From: Spirochaetota bacterium
Lineage (GTDB): Bacteria > Spirochaetota > UBA4802 > UBA5550
Direction: 5' to 3'
NCBI GenBank assembly: GCA_963663865.1
Contig: OY760686.1
Coordinates: 384,001 to 448,000 of the forward strand
Length of the DNA: 64,000 nt
Under the pieces are notes generated by a model. That model saw only the letters and a program-made list of their open reading frames with translations. It was not told the DNA's origin and made no database searches. Below are positions 36,017 to 46,867 of this stretch, one piece after another. A program made the position numbers and the translations under genes. Position 1 is the first letter of the stretch. Each line of letters starts with the position of its first letter.

Positions 36017-37182
36017 TTTGCCGGTTTTCCTGAAAATACTTTTAACAGCGCGTAGCCCGCAATCCCTGCCGTAAGCGATGCGGTTAGAATTGCGAAGATA
36101 GAGTTTTCAATTATTGTCTTAGAGTCGAAAGCGAGATTGGAAATGAATATTGACATTGTAAAGCCGATTCCGCCAAGAAAGCCTACTGCTGCTATTTGGC
36201 TCCACCTGACACCCGCTGGCAGGCTGGTAAGGCCGAGGATTACCGCAAGACCTGTAAAGAGCATGATTCCGACCGGTTTCCCGAGTACCAGGCCTGCGAT
36301 AATTCCCAGTGAGTTTGATGATGCCAGAGTTGAAAAGCTGTCCATTCCCAGGACGAGGGCTGTATTAGCAATGGCGAATAAGGGCAGAATTATAAAAGCT
36401 ACCGGCTTATGCAGGCCATGCAGAAGGTTTTCAGACGGGCAATGATTATTCCTCGTGAATGGAATGGCAAATGCCAACAGGACGCCCGCGATGGTGGCAT
36501 GGACTCCTGATTTCAGCATAAGGTACCACATCACAAGTCCAGCTAATATATAGATAAAAAGCCGGTGAACCTTTAGCCTGTTCAGGAGAATCAAAAAGAT
36601 GAACACTCCGAGGGCTCCTGCCAGATAAGCGATTGAAAGCCCTTTTGAATAGAAGATTGCAATCACTGTAACCGCTCCGAGATCGTCAATTATCGCCAGA
36701 GCCGTTAAAAAAACTTTCAGCTGAACCGGCACCCTTTTTCCGAGCAATGTCAACACTGCCAGTGCGAAGGCGATGTCGGTCGCCATAGGGATAGCGATTC
36801 CGGATTGATAATCTGTTCCAATGTTAAGGGCGAGGTGAATTGCCGCAGGAATCGCCATTCCGCCAATGGCGGCGAAAACAGGCAGGAGAGCCTTGCGGAT
36901 GTCGGAGAGTTCTCCAGAATAGAGTTCCCTTTCAATTTCTAGGCCAACCATAAGGAAGAAGACCGCCATTAATCCGTCATTAATCCAATGTTGAATGGAA
37001 AAGTCAATGTTGATAAAAAAGAAAGAAAAGTCGAGATGTCTGTGCCAGAAATGCGAATAAACGTCTCCCCAGAGGGAGTTCGCTGCTAACAGGGAAAAAA
37101 TCGTACACAGAATCAGAATAATACCGGCGGATTTTTCGCTGTTTACGAAGTCATTGAACATTCTGCTTAATCCGTTTTTCAT
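36013..37182 (-). CDS. nhaA: Na+/H+ antiporter NhaA
   Basis: HWINDGLM, ATDIAFA, LAIIDDLG, GKPVGI and GIGFTMSIFI. Confidence 0.97.
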   Translation of the reverse strand: MKNGLSRMFNDFVNSEKSAGIILILCTIFSLLAANSLWGDVYSHFWHRHLDFSFFFINIDFSIQHWINDGLMAVFFLMVGLEIERELYSGELSDIRKALLPVFAAIGGMAIPAAIHLALNIGTDYQSGIAIPMATDIAFALAVLTLLGKRVPVQLKVFLTALAIIDDLGAVTVIAIFYSKGLSIAYLAGALGVFIFLILLNRLKVHRLFIYILAGLVMWYLMLKSGVHATIAGVLLAFAIPFTRNNHCPSENLLHGLHKPVAFIILPLFAIANTALVLGMDSFSTLASSNSLGIIAGLVLGKPVGIMLFTGLAVILGLTSLPAGVRWSQIAAVGFLGGIGFTMSIFISNLAFDSKTIIENSIFAILTASLTAGIAGYALLKVFSGKPAK

Positions 37183-37206
37183 TTTTCTGCAGCCCCCTGA
37201 GATATG

Positions 37207-38838
37207 TTATTTATGGTCTTTAAGCTTAAATATCCTCATTTTGTTTTCATTACCAATCAATCTGTACTTATTCATAACGAAGCTGTTGATTTCAGGAACA
37301 TCCTTTAATGCTATGCTGAAGGTTGAAAGCCCGTTTCCAGACGTGTCAACAAACAGCAGCGGCATTTTGTTTTTCAGTCTGCTGAGGAAGAGCGATTGTT
37401 CTTCTTCTGCTTTTTGGACCTCAGCAGTATTCTCCGATTTCAGGCCTGTCGATATGCGGTGCAGGGTGTTCTTGGGCCAGAGCGTATATGCTCCCATTCT
37501 TCTTCCAGAAAAGTAGTAGAGATATGGACCGTCTCCCCACACGAAGATGCGGTCTTCGGGTTCAGAGTTTTGTTTAATAAAATTCACAGCTTCTGCATAG
37601 TCACTGTGCGGAAGAAGGTAGTCATCGAAAGTGCCAACGAGAACCGCTCGCGTCCAGTAGAGGAAGGGGCCTTCGTTATGGAAGCAGCCGGGAGCAAAGT
37701 GCTTAATCGCAATGTCCTTGACGTTCCAGGCAAGGAAGAAGGCAGCCGGGATCAATAAAAGGGTACCGGCTTTTTTGCCGTACCGCTGAAGAAGGCTGCT
37801 GTCAGTCAGAACAAATCCGGCAAGTACAGCTCCAGCGGTATAAGGAACCATGAAGTAGTGGAAGTACATTCTTGCGCCGCCGGCAAATATGAGCGCATAA
37901 GAGACAAGAAAGAATACAGCTACGGAAGACTCCGCCGGTGTGGAAGAGCGGAATCCTTTTCTGATGAACCTGAATGCGTAGGTTGCGGCCGGGATCCACA
38001 GTACGCCATGCCAGAGGACGAGCATTCCCTGCCGGTGTATGTACCTTATGAACAGGTCAAAAATGGAAAAGCCACGCACCTCAGCGGCGGAATAGGAAAA
38101 CTTTGCAGGCAGATCCAGAGCCTCCCATATACGGGGTGCGGCAAGGCCTGTCACGAAAAAGTCGAAGAGAAGGAAGGCCGCCGCGGCCCCTGCAATAAAA
38201 AGAGAGGTTTTTATGCCTTTATAGTAGTAGGGGATGTAAAGAAAAATCAGTACGGCAATGAATATGGCGAATATCAACCCCTGGAACTTTATTCCAAACG
38301 CAAGAAAGGCCGAGATGGCCGCTGCCGCAAACCATATCAGTCTTGACCTTCCTGAAGAAACGAGCATCGATACTATTGCAAAAAGACCCATCGCTATTGG
38401 CAGGTTGTATACTATCTCTCCATTGGTGGCCATAAACTGGCGGTTGAAAGATGAAATCAGGACACCGTAAAAAAGTGCCGCAATAATGCCGGCTCTCTGG
38501 TTTTTCAGCTTTTTGCATGTGAGATACAGGAAAACGGAGGTCAGAAAGACAATGAGTATTGTTGAGGCGTGAACAATAACCCAGCCATAATCCTGAGTCA
38601 GTGAATAAGCGCCTTTAAATATTAGATGATACAGAAAGTGCTTGTTTTCAGAAAAATCTGTTCCGGGGACTCCGCCGGCGAGAAATTCCTTTGTTTGAGC
38701 GATTGTAGCGAGTACGTCAACGTCCCAGTAATCATTGAACAATGTCGGCAGGCGTAGAAGAAGAATCGCGCCGAAGAGCAGAAGAATAAAAAGCTTTTTG
38801 TTTTTTTCTAACTCATTGATTAATCGGGAAAAGGCCAT
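37207..38838 (-). CDS. GT-C membrane glycosyltransferase (ArnT/PMT-like)
   Basis: Multi-TM, acidic DVD in the first loop, NGEI, KFQG, and a C-terminal soluble domain (IFVWG..YLY). Confidence 0.8.
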   Translation of the reverse strand: MAFSRLINELEKNKKLFILLLFGAILLLRLPTLFNDYWDVDVLATIAQTKEFLAGGVPGTDFSENKHFLYHLIFKGAYSLTQDYGWVIVHASTILIVFLTSVFLYLTCKKLKNQRAGIIAALFYGVLISSFNRQFMATNGEIVYNLPIAMGLFAIVSMLVSSGRSRLIWFAAAAISAFLAFGIKFQGLIFAIFIAVLIFLYIPYYYKGIKTSLFIAGAAAAFLLFDFFVTGLAAPRIWEALDLPAKFSYSAAEVRGFSIFDLFIRYIHRQGMLVLWHGVLWIPAATYAFRFIRKGFRSSTPAESSVAVFFLVSYALIFAGGARMYFHYFMVPYTAGAVLAGFVLTDSSLLQRYGKKAGTLLLIPAAFFLAWNVKDIAIKHFAPGCFHNEGPFLYWTRAVLVGTFDDYLLPHSDYAEAVNFIKQNSEPEDRIFVWGDGPYLYYFSGRRMGAYTLWPKNTLHRISTGLKSENTAEVQKAEEEQSLFLSRLKNKMPLLFVDTSGNGLSTFSIALKDVPEINSFVMNKYRLIGNENKMRIFKLKDHK

Positions 38839-38869
38839 TCAATACTCATCTCCTTGCTAATATAGGTTG

Positions 38870-39397
38870 TCAATCCAGATTGGAGCCCGGCTTTCCGGAT
38901 ATCTCTCTGATTGATCTCACATCCGCCTCGCTGCCCTCTGCGGTAAAAAGGGAGCCCTGTTCAACCCGGTCAGTATACAATATCCCGTTAAGGTGATCAA
39001 CCTCGTGCTGTATGCAGCGGGCTGTAAATCCCTCCGCTTCAATCTCAAATTCATTGCCCTTTCTGTCAAAGGCTTTTACCCTGACGATGTCAGCCCTCTT
39101 AACAATGCCATAGTAACCTCTGACCGAAAGGCAGCCCTCTTCTCCTGTCTGCTCCCCTTCCTTCGAAAGGATTTCAGGATTGATGAGCTCCGCGGGCCCG
39201 TCACCGCAGTCAATAACGACAATTCTCTTCGAGATGCCTATCTGCGGTGCGGCAAGACCGGCGCCGCCGTCCTTTGAGTAGAGTATATCATACATGTCGT
39301 CAACCAGTTTAGCGAGCTTTTTGTGAAACACGGTAACCGGAACTGCCGGTGTCCTTAAAACAGGGTCGCCCGCCTGGATGATTTTATATCGTGCCAT
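38870..39397 (-). CDS. def: Peptide deformylase
   Basis: GAGLAAPQIG, EGCLS and QHEVDHLNG. Confidence 0.97.
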   Translation of the reverse strand: MARYKIIQAGDPVLRTPAVPVTVFHKKLAKLVDDMYDILYSKDGGAGLAAPQIGISKRIVVIDCGDGPAELINPEILSKEGEQTGEEGCLSVRGYYGIVKRADIVRVKAFDRKGNEFEIEAEGFTARCIQHEVDHLNGILYTDRVEQGSLFTAEGSEADVRSIREISGKPGSNLD

Positions 39398-39663
39398 TTT
39401 CCCTCCTCGCCCTTTATAAAAAAGAGTCTGTATTGATAAGTGTACTTTTCATAGTATTTGTTCTTGATTTAAAACAAAAAAAGCCATATAAATAAGCTGG
39501 AGACAGGGTAATTGTGTCATTGTAATCTGTGTTCAAGAACATTATACTGTTTCAGCACATTGATAATTGTAACTAATTCGATTGCCGGTGCATCTTAAGG
39601 CAATAAGTTTTTACGGTAAAGAAAATAAAACTTTTATAGATGAAATAAAACTCGGAGGGGAAA

Positions 39664-40413
39664 ATGCACAGGCTTGTATTGCTAAGACATGGCGAGAGTA
39701 CGTGGAATAAGGAGAACAGGTTCACCGGATGGACAGATGTTGACCTTTCTGAAAAGGGTATTGAGGAAGCCCGAACAGCCGGTGATCTGTTAAAGAAAGA
39801 AGGCTATACGTTTGACATAGCCTATAATTCCGTGCTTAAGAGGGCTATCAGGACATTATGGCTTGTACTCGACGAGATGGACCTGCTCTGGCTGCCGATA
39901 ATCAAGTCCTGGAGGCTGAACGAAAGGCATTACGGCGCGCTTCAGGGCCTTAACAAGGCAGAAACTGCCGCGAAATATGGTGACGACCAGGTGAAGGTCT
40001 GGAGAAGGAGCTACGACACTCCTCCGCCAGCGCTGGAAAAAAACGACGAAAGATATCCAGGGAATGACAGCAGGTACAGCGGCCTTTCCGAATCAGAGCT
40101 TCCTCTGACAGAATGCCTGAAAGATACGGTTGCCAGGTTCATGCCTCTGTGGCACGAATCAATCGCGCCTGACATTAAAAGCGGCAAGCGGGTAATAATT
40201 GCAGCCCACGGCAACAGCCTGAGGGCCCTTGTCATGTATCTTGACGGCGTAAGTGAAGAGGACATTGTTAACCTGAATATTCCAACGGGAATTCCACTTG
40301 TATATGAGCTTGATGATAACCTGAGACCTTTGAAGAGCTACTATCTCGGCGATCCAGAGGCGATCAGGAAGGCGCAGGAGAGCGTTGCCAACCAGGGGAA
40401 GTCAGGCAAGTAG
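39664..40413 (+). CDS. gpmA: 2,3-bisphosphoglycerate-dependent phosphoglycerate mutase
   Basis: LRHGES, LNERHYG and AHGNSLR. Confidence 0.98.
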   Translation: MHRLVLLRHGESTWNKENRFTGWTDVDLSEKGIEEARTAGDLLKKEGYTFDIAYNSVLKRAIRTLWLVLDEMDLLWLPIIKSWRLNERHYGALQGLNKAETAAKYGDDQVKVWRRSYDTPPPALEKNDERYPGNDSRYSGLSESELPLTECLKDTVARFMPLWHESIAPDIKSGKRVIIAAHGNSLRALVMYLDGVSEEDIVNLNIPTGIPLVYELDDNLRPLKSYYLGDPEAIRKAQESVANQGKSGK

Positions 40414-40414
40414 G

Positions 40415-41440
40415 CTAAGGACGGTTGGGCGCCGAGGGGTCAGAGTCGTACCATCTGAAATAGGACTCGGCCCCGAGCCTGCCTGATTCTACGAGTGCTT
40501 CTTTTTTACTCCCGCTTATCCCGAAATCGGTTGTCTTGACTCCAAGTGTATCTATGTAGATTGTTCGTGCCCAGTCGTCGCTGTGAAGGTGCGAGTTCTG
40601 CTGCGCCTCAATCACAGTGTTAATGAGGGCTCCTGTGAAGTCAAAGAATCCGTCTATATCCCTATGGACAGGTTCCTGTCCGTCTCTGAACACTGAGATT
40701 TCCTCTTTCGTGTCAAGGCGGAAGCCAAGCGTCTCCCGATTGAAAACATACTCCGTCCCGGGGCCTCTGTCGTCAGGAAGCAGGCTGTTGTCTTTGAAGT
40801 AGTAATCGGTTTCAGTGTAGTTGCCTGATTCAATGTATCTGAGCCTGTCAAAGAGCTTCACCGGATAGTTGTTCAGCATTCCCCCGTCGACAAGAACGTC
40901 GTTCCTGCTGTTTCTTACTGCGGTGAAGAAAAGTGGAATAGACATGGAGATTCGGACGGCATCCGCTACAGGAAGTTGAGGAGCAGTCTCAGCCGAGTAT
41001 ATTTCGGCGAAGCCGGTTGAGAGATTGGTGCCGATGAAGAACATTGATTTGAATCCGCGGGATTTGGCCTTTGTCTCAATATCGAAAAAGGTGGTTTCAG
41101 GACTGCCCGTTTTGTCCGAAATAATACCGGCTATCCATTTCTTGAAGAATTCGCCTTTGTACCAGCCGTATCTGCTGATCAGCCTTTCAGCGTCCCTGAT
41201 AATTCCCCAGCTGTCATCCAGGAATTTGTTGAAGTCGAGATCCCAGAGAATCTCCATCACCTCATCAGGCGTGCAGCCGAGCCCGGTGAGAAGCGCGTTT
41301 ATCGCTCCCGCTGAAGTGCCTCCGACACGTCTGACGCGCTGAAGAATATCGCGTTCTTCAAGGGCCTTCATCGCGCCGGCATAGGCGATTCCCTTGACGC
41401 CTCCACCTTCGAAGACAAGATTCTTAAAGTGATAGTTCAT
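40415..41440 (-). CDS. Patatin-like phospholipase
   Basis: GGGVKG, GTSAG and VDGG catalytic motifs. Confidence 0.95.
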   Translation of the reverse strand: MNYHFKNLVFEGGGVKGIAYAGAMKALEERDILQRVRRVGGTSAGAINALLTGLGCTPDEVMEILWDLDFNKFLDDSWGIIRDAERLISRYGWYKGEFFKKWIAGIISDKTGSPETTFFDIETKAKSRGFKSMFFIGTNLSTGFAEIYSAETAPQLPVADAVRISMSIPLFFTAVRNSRNDVLVDGGMLNNYPVKLFDRLRYIESGNYTETDYYFKDNSLLPDDRGPGTEYVFNRETLGFRLDTKEEISVFRDGQEPVHRDIDGFFDFTGALINTVIEAQQNSHLHSDDWARTIYIDTLGVKTTDFGISGSKKEALVESGRLGAESYFRWYDSDPSAPNRP

Positions 41441-41447
41441 TCGGGCC

Positions 41448-42770
41448 TCACATTGTATCAGTTGAAGACTCTATCCCCCTGCTTTCATTTATGAACATTC
41501 CCGCAAAAAAAGCAATGCAAAAAAAGAGTGCGCAGATTATGATTGAATCTTTGAGTCCAAAGAGCGCCTGAAAGAGTCCGATCATCATGAGTCCCGTTAC
41601 TGCCGCAAGCCTTGACGAAGTCCCCCAGAGGCCGAAGAATTCGCCGGCCCTTGAAGGGGGGCAAAACAGCCCGACGAGGGTACGGCTCGCCGATTGAAGG
41701 GAGCCGAGGCCAAGTCCGGCAAGAGAGCCGGCTCCAAGAAAGACCGTTTCGACTGAAAGGGCGAGGCCGGTGAGCTTATTGAGCAGAACCGTTATGGCTT
41801 CAACCCGGAAAATCATTAGTATGACCGCTATCCAGAGAACGAGTATCATAAGATATGTCTTCGTTGGGCTCCATCTGTCCTGAATCCAGCCGAAGGCAAA
41901 AGACCCCGCGGCCGCAGATATCTGAGTGAGCACGAACATCAGCGCTTGAGTCTCTGATGACCAGGAGATAATCTGGTCTCCATAGATAAAGGCGAAGCTT
42001 ATGACAATTGAAAGGCCGGCGTAGGAGGCGAAAAAGGACAGAAGCAGAATTGCCAGGTCCTTTCTTCTTTTTATTGAGGCAAGGCCTTTCCGGAGACTCA
42101 GCTCTCTCTGGGCAGATGCTGCTGCTGTTGTACAGGGCTCTTTCAGCCAGAGGAATGCAGGTACGGAGGCGACAGCGAAAAAAAGCGCTGTGACAGGGCC
42201 GGTGAGACGGAGACTTTCAAAGTTTGCAAAGCTCATATCTCCGACAATGTACAGTACTACTGCAGTTGAAATCAGTCCTCCGAAATAGCCTATCCCCCAG
42301 CCGATCCCTGATATTTTGCCGAGTTTTTCTGAAGGCCCTAATGAGGGCAGAAAGGAGGCTGCAAGGCTTTCGCCGACCGAGAAACCGGTACTTGAAATAA
42401 CAATTAGAATAATGCCGGCTGCGGCACAGCCCGGAGAAACGAAGTACAGGGAAGCTGTCGCTGAAATCGTAATGATGGCGCTTAACGCAAGATAGGATTT
42501 TTTACGCGTTTTTTTATCTGCGACTTTTCCGGCGGCAGGGGCGGCGAAAACTGCTATGACATAGCTGATGGAAAGCGCGAGACTCCACAGGAAATTTCCG
42601 GTTTTGAAATCGGGCGCGTCTCCGACAATGAAGCGTGGGAAAATAACGCTGTACACAACGGTAATGATAACAGTCGTGTAAGAAGAGTTGGCGAAATCGA
42701 ACATTGCCCAGCCGAATATCTCTTTTTTCCGGGAGGATGATGCCGTTTGTTCCAGCTTGCCTTTGCTCAT
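41448..42770 (-). CDS. MFS transporter (UMF1/Atg22-like)
   Basis: WAMFDFANSSY, GKISGIGWGIGYFGG and AGEFFGLW. Confidence 0.9.
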   Translation of the reverse strand: MSKGKLEQTASSSRKKEIFGWAMFDFANSSYTTVIITVVYSVIFPRFIVGDAPDFKTGNFLWSLALSISYVIAVFAAPAAGKVADKKTRKKSYLALSAIITISATASLYFVSPGCAAAGIILIVISSTGFSVGESLAASFLPSLGPSEKLGKISGIGWGIGYFGGLISTAVVLYIVGDMSFANFESLRLTGPVTALFFAVASVPAFLWLKEPCTTAAASAQRELSLRKGLASIKRRKDLAILLLSFFASYAGLSIVISFAFIYGDQIISWSSETQALMFVLTQISAAAGSFAFGWIQDRWSPTKTYLMILVLWIAVILMIFRVEAITVLLNKLTGLALSVETVFLGAGSLAGLGLGSLQSASRTLVGLFCPPSRAGEFFGLWGTSSRLAAVTGLMMIGLFQALFGLKDSIIICALFFCIAFFAGMFINESRGIESSTDTM

Positions 42771-42776
42771 TGCCGG

Positions 42777-44003
42777 TTATCCTTTCTTCGTTCTTTGTTC
42801 GCGTAAAGAATATGCTGTAAGTATGATCATTAGAATTGAAAAGGCAAGGAACATTGCCGGTATGCCGGCTTCGTCAGCAATAATACCGGCGAGCGGTGCC
42901 AAAACAAGTACGCCCGCAGATTTGGTCTGTGACTCAATGGAAAGTACCGTGGCCTGTTCTCCGTCCTCTGTGCAGTCATCGTATTGTGTGACAATAAGCG
43001 GGCTCCATATATTGTGCAGCATGTAGTAGACGATAAATCCCCCGATCGCGACTGCAGCTGATTCGTAGAAAGTCGCTGCTGAAAGCACGATCAGCAATAC
43101 AGCCGCAGATAAAACCAGAAGAGCTGTTGCTTTTCCCGGGCTGCCTGCCCTGTCCGCGACGAGATGAGCCTTTCTTGCCGCGACTGCGGAGAGTAAATAT
43201 ATTACAAAGTATACCGCTCCCGATGCCGCAGCAACATTAGTCTGTTCGGAGGCGAAAAAGCCGGCGAGTAAAAGTCCTGCCTGTGCTTTTAAAACTGGTT
43301 GAAGGAAGTTGCCTGTAACGTCAAAAACGCTGTTGAATCCCGTACTCTGCACGATGAGTCTTCGAAGTTCTTTTTTTCGGATGGATGATTTTAGAACTCT
43401 GAACAGATAAGCGAAAAGGTCCCTGATGGAAGTTTTTTCAAGAACCCTTGTATTAAGATATGATGGATATGTGGCTATGTTCCAGATTCCAAACAGGTAT
43501 GGAACTATTGAGAAGATGAACACCCATTGATATTCTCTGAAGAATATAACAATTGCCGCAGCTATAACAGCTGAAAGCGCGCTTCCGGTCTGGGACCATG
43601 AACGTGTAAATCCGTAGACCTTCGTTTTCGCGCCGATTTTTCCGTTTTTGGAAAGCCAGCTGAAAATCATCGCTTTATGCGTGCCGGTTCTGAAGGCCTC
43701 GCCGACAGCGAAGAAGGCCATTGCGGGAAACAGCGGAAGAAGCGAGCTGCTCATGGCAAAGAGGATGAACGAAGCGATGTAGGAAAGGAGGGAGAGTATC
43801 ATAGCGTTCTTTCGTCCGTAGAGATCGGACAGGGCTCCGCTCGGTATTTCGAGCACGTTAATCAGAACGGCCCTGAATGACACAAGCAGGCCTATGTCGA
43901 GATAGCTGAGGCCTATTTCAAGGAAGTAAAGAATCATAAAAGGCTCAAAGAAGCGGAGGTTCTTTAAAAATCCGTAGGCGGAAAATTTCCAGAGCATGTT
44001 CAT
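42777..44003 (-). CDS. MFS transporter
   Basis: EIPSGALSDLYGRK, GEAFRTGT and 12 TM segments. Confidence 0.9.
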   Translation of the reverse strand: MNMLWKFSAYGFLKNLRFFEPFMILYFLEIGLSYLDIGLLVSFRAVLINVLEIPSGALSDLYGRKNAMILSLLSYIASFILFAMSSSLLPLFPAMAFFAVGEAFRTGTHKAMIFSWLSKNGKIGAKTKVYGFTRSWSQTGSALSAVIAAAIVIFFREYQWVFIFSIVPYLFGIWNIATYPSYLNTRVLEKTSIRDLFAYLFRVLKSSIRKKELRRLIVQSTGFNSVFDVTGNFLQPVLKAQAGLLLAGFFASEQTNVAAASGAVYFVIYLLSAVAARKAHLVADRAGSPGKATALLVLSAAVLLIVLSAATFYESAAVAIGGFIVYYMLHNIWSPLIVTQYDDCTEDGEQATVLSIESQTKSAGVLVLAPLAGIIADEAGIPAMFLAFSILMIILTAYSLREQRTKKG

Positions 44004-44011
44004 CCTGAGGC

Positions 44012-44707
44012 CTATTCCCCGCTGGTGATTCTTTTAATATTCTGTGTGATTTCTTCAGAAAGGGGGTCGAGCTTGTGTGCCTGACGGTAGAAGCGCAGGG
44101 CCTTTTCTTTTTGGCCCATCTTTTCAAGAACACAGGCAAGAGTGTCACAGTATGACGCGCATTTCGGGTTGCCCTTATAGGCTGTTCCAGCGTGATGAAG
44201 GGCCTCTTTCAGCTTGCCCTTTGAGCGGCAGAGAAGCCAGGCAAGAGAGTTGTGCGCGTTTAGATCGCCTGGCTTTTCAGTGAGTATCTTTCTGTAGACT
44301 GACTCAGCGTCCGATATCCGGCCGGTTTTTTCCAGAATATACCCCTTCATTCCCAGAGCGGGGACTGATTCAGGAAACAGGTGCAGTTCCCTGTTAATAA
44401 TGGTTTCAGCCTCTTTGTATTCGCCCAGAGAAAGCAGAACAAAGCAGTGTATCTTTCTGAGGGAAGATGAGTCAACAAAGCCTGTATCCAGGTCGTGAAG
44501 CCTGTCAAAATATGAAAGCGCTGTCCGGTGAAGGCCGAGGCGGGCGTAGTTTACCCCGAGATTATAGAGGATTTCAGGGTTTGTGTGATCAAGCGCTTCA
44601 GCGGCTTTCAAATCCCTGACAGCTTCATTATAGTCGCTTACCATGAAGTGTTCAAGGGAGCTTTCTATGAGTGAAGTGATTCTTATGTTGTGAGGCGGAT
44701 CAATCAT
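44012..44707 (-). CDS. TPR protein
   Basis: ILYNLGVNY, AHNSLAWLL and CDTLACVL..G..EKA repeats. Confidence 0.85.
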   Translation of the reverse strand: MIDPPHNIRITSLIESSLEHFMVSDYNEAVRDLKAAEALDHTNPEILYNLGVNYARLGLHRTALSYFDRLHDLDTGFVDSSSLRKIHCFVLLSLGEYKEAETIINRELHLFPESVPALGMKGYILEKTGRISDAESVYRKILTEKPGDLNAHNSLAWLLCRSKGKLKEALHHAGTAYKGNPKCASYCDTLACVLEKMGQKEKALRFYRQAHKLDPLSEEITQNIKRITSGE

Positions 44708-44731
44708 GACGTTGACACGGTAAGGTCTGTA

Positions 44732-45481
44732 TCAGTTTGATACCGCTTCCGGCTCTCTGAGCTTTTCAAGGGAAGTGTAATCGGTACAGTCGATTGAAAT
44801 AGGCGTAATAGATACATATCCGCTTTGAAGAGCCCCGTAGTCGGTTTCGCCATTGCCGACCGAGTGAACTACGCCCCTCAGCTGGAATGTCATCTCAGCT
44901 TCATCGGAATCAGTCCTGTGGTAGCTGTCCCGGTAGATTCTGCGGCAGTGGTTTGTGTACATTATCCCGTTTACGCTGTCTTCGGGAATGTCCGGATAGT
45001 TGATGTTAAGAAAAACGGGGTTTTCCCTGAGGCCCGGGTTGCCGTCAACGTGGTTTGCTATAAAGCGGGCTGCCTCGTCAAGCCGTTCCTCTGAGGGCGT
45101 GTGCGAATCGAGAGATACGGCTATGCCCGTTTTCCCGAAAATAAAGGCTGTCCTTGCTCCGGCGACAGTGCCGGAGAAGAATATATCGTCGCCTATGTTG
45201 GGCCCGTGATTTATTCCGGATATTATAATGTCAATGTCGGGTATAAAGTCGCCGTGAATGCCAATATTAGAGCAGTCCGCCGGATATCCCGTTATGGAAT
45301 AGCGGTTGCTGTCATGACGCCTGATTTTTATTGGATTATGAATAGTGAAGGCGTTTGAGCAGCCGCTTCGTTCTCCATCAGGGGCAATGATGTAGGTCTC
45401 ATGTCTTTTTGAGAGGGCTTTGTAGAGAGCGTTTATTCCGTATGCATCAATTCCGTCATCATTTGTAAGAAGTATTTTCAT
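44732..45481 (-). CDS. surE: 5'/3'-nucleotidase SurE
   Basis: MKILLTNDDG and SGINHGPNIG..FSGTVAGA. ATG 45481 (ORF track 45511). Confidence 0.95.
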   Translation of the reverse strand: MKILLTNDDGIDAYGINALYKALSKRHETYIIAPDGERSGCSNAFTIHNPIKIRRHDSNRYSITGYPADCSNIGIHGDFIPDIDIIISGINHGPNIGDDIFFSGTVAGARTAFIFGKTGIAVSLDSHTPSEERLDEAARFIANHVDGNPGLRENPVFLNINYPDIPEDSVNGIMYTNHCRRIYRDSYHRTDSDEAEMTFQLRGVVHSVGNGETDYGALQSGYVSITPISIDCTDYTSLEKLREPEAVSN

Positions 45482-45512
45482 GGTCACCTTTTTTTGCGGG
45501 GATATGTTCAAG

Positions 45513-45890
45513 TCATCCGATCAATTCGCGGACCTGCTCAACTATCTCGTTGTTGCTGAACGGCTTGGTCAGAACCCTGTCTGCGCCTATTTTTCGTGCT
45601 ATGTTGAGGTAGTCGTCACCGGATATGCGTCCGCCGCCGGAAATGGCAATAATCTTGAGGTCACGGAAGTTTGATTTCAATTCGAGAATTGTCTCAATAC
45701 CTTCCTTGCCGGGCATTATGATGTCGGTAATAATAAGATGATAGGGCTCCTGCTTTTGAAGGCGCATCCCTCTGGTGCCGTCTTCGGCTATATCGGCGTG
45801 GTAACCGGCCGACTCCATCACCTCTCTGAGAATATCCCGGATATCCTCATCGTCATCAATTATCAGTATTCTTTTAATCCTGTTACCCAT
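45513..45890 (-). CDS. Single-domain response regulator (REC)
   Basis: IIDDD, TDIIMP, AISGG and LTKPF. Confidence 0.95.
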   Translation of the reverse strand: MGNRIKRILIIDDDEDIRDILREVMESAGYHADIAEDGTRGMRLQKQEPYHLIITDIIMPGKEGIETILELKSNFRDLKIIAISGGGRISGDDYLNIARKIGADRVLTKPFSNNEIVEQVRELIG

Positions 45891-45970
45891 AATGACTGCT
45901 TTATTGCTCAGGTTTCTCCTGATTGACAGGATAAGTTTATGAAACGTTCAGGAAAAAGCAAGCTGTTTAT

Positions 45971-46532
45971 TTAAACAGGCGGAACGACTCTGTTCCTTCC
46001 CTCTCTTTTTGCCCTGTACAGGTTGTCGTCTGCTCTTTTAATCCACTCTGCGAGGTTTTGTTCGTTTGAATGCTTTTCGGATATCCCGCAGCTTATTGTA
46101 ATTTGACTGCCGCTGCTGAAGGAGTACTGCTCAATTTTAAGCCTGATATTTTCGGCCACGCGTGCGGCATCAATCAGTCCCGTCGACGGAAGAATCACTT
46201 GTCTTATTTAGCTGGCTGTATAGTTTTTGCCTATGATAGTGTTTTACAATCCTGTTGTCTGTATTTACGGCCTGATTCATCGTTGTAAGAATTGCTGGTC
46301 TGTCGATGACAAGCTGAAAAACACCTCTCGACATGCTTGAGTAGACATCTACTGTTATGGCGTATTTTCTGGCAAGGTCCTTCGTGTTTGCCGAATAAAT
46401 ACCTTGAATTGTCTGGTTGTGAGAATAGTAGAAAAAGCCGTATGAAATCGATAGCAGAAGAACAAGTGAAGCAATGAGAAGAATCTTTATAATGAGCGTT
46501 TTTTTTTGGAATGATGTTTTCAGCTTCATCAC
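45971..46532 (-). pseudogene. Internally deleted, frame-shifted sensor diguanylate cyclase
   Basis: The 5' part (46532 to about 46200) encodes a TM and the start of a Cache-like domain. The 3' part (46198-45971, different frame) encodes only the post-GGDEF half: VILP..A..VAENIR..ITISCGI..RADDNLYRAKREGRNRV. Confidence 0.85.
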
Positions 46533-46867
46533 TGTGTACCGGTTTTTCCCTTAGAGTTGGGCGCTGTATCCCGGGAATATCAAAGTCGGCTGAAAAAAAA
46601 GAAGAAGGAACTTTCCACTTTGTCGTCAGCCTGATACACTCCGGAAGCTGATGTTATATCAGATGTTTATTTGAATCAAGAAAAAGATAAAAAATGTAAA
46701 TAATATAGAGCTTTAATAAAAGAACAAAATTATACACTGTTCGTTATAGGCAGGCCATATCGAACAAAAAAAACGGATATATAAAAAGCATTTGATAAAT
46801 TGCGGACAGGTTGAAGTTTTAGAGGGTTCAGATGGAGTGATTACTAACTGCGAAAGGAAGAGGATTT

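Noticed and set aside
40415-41440. Patatin as a CBASS or other anti-phage effector
   Set aside because: No CD-NTase or other defence gene is adjacent. Its neighbours are MFS transporters and gpmA.
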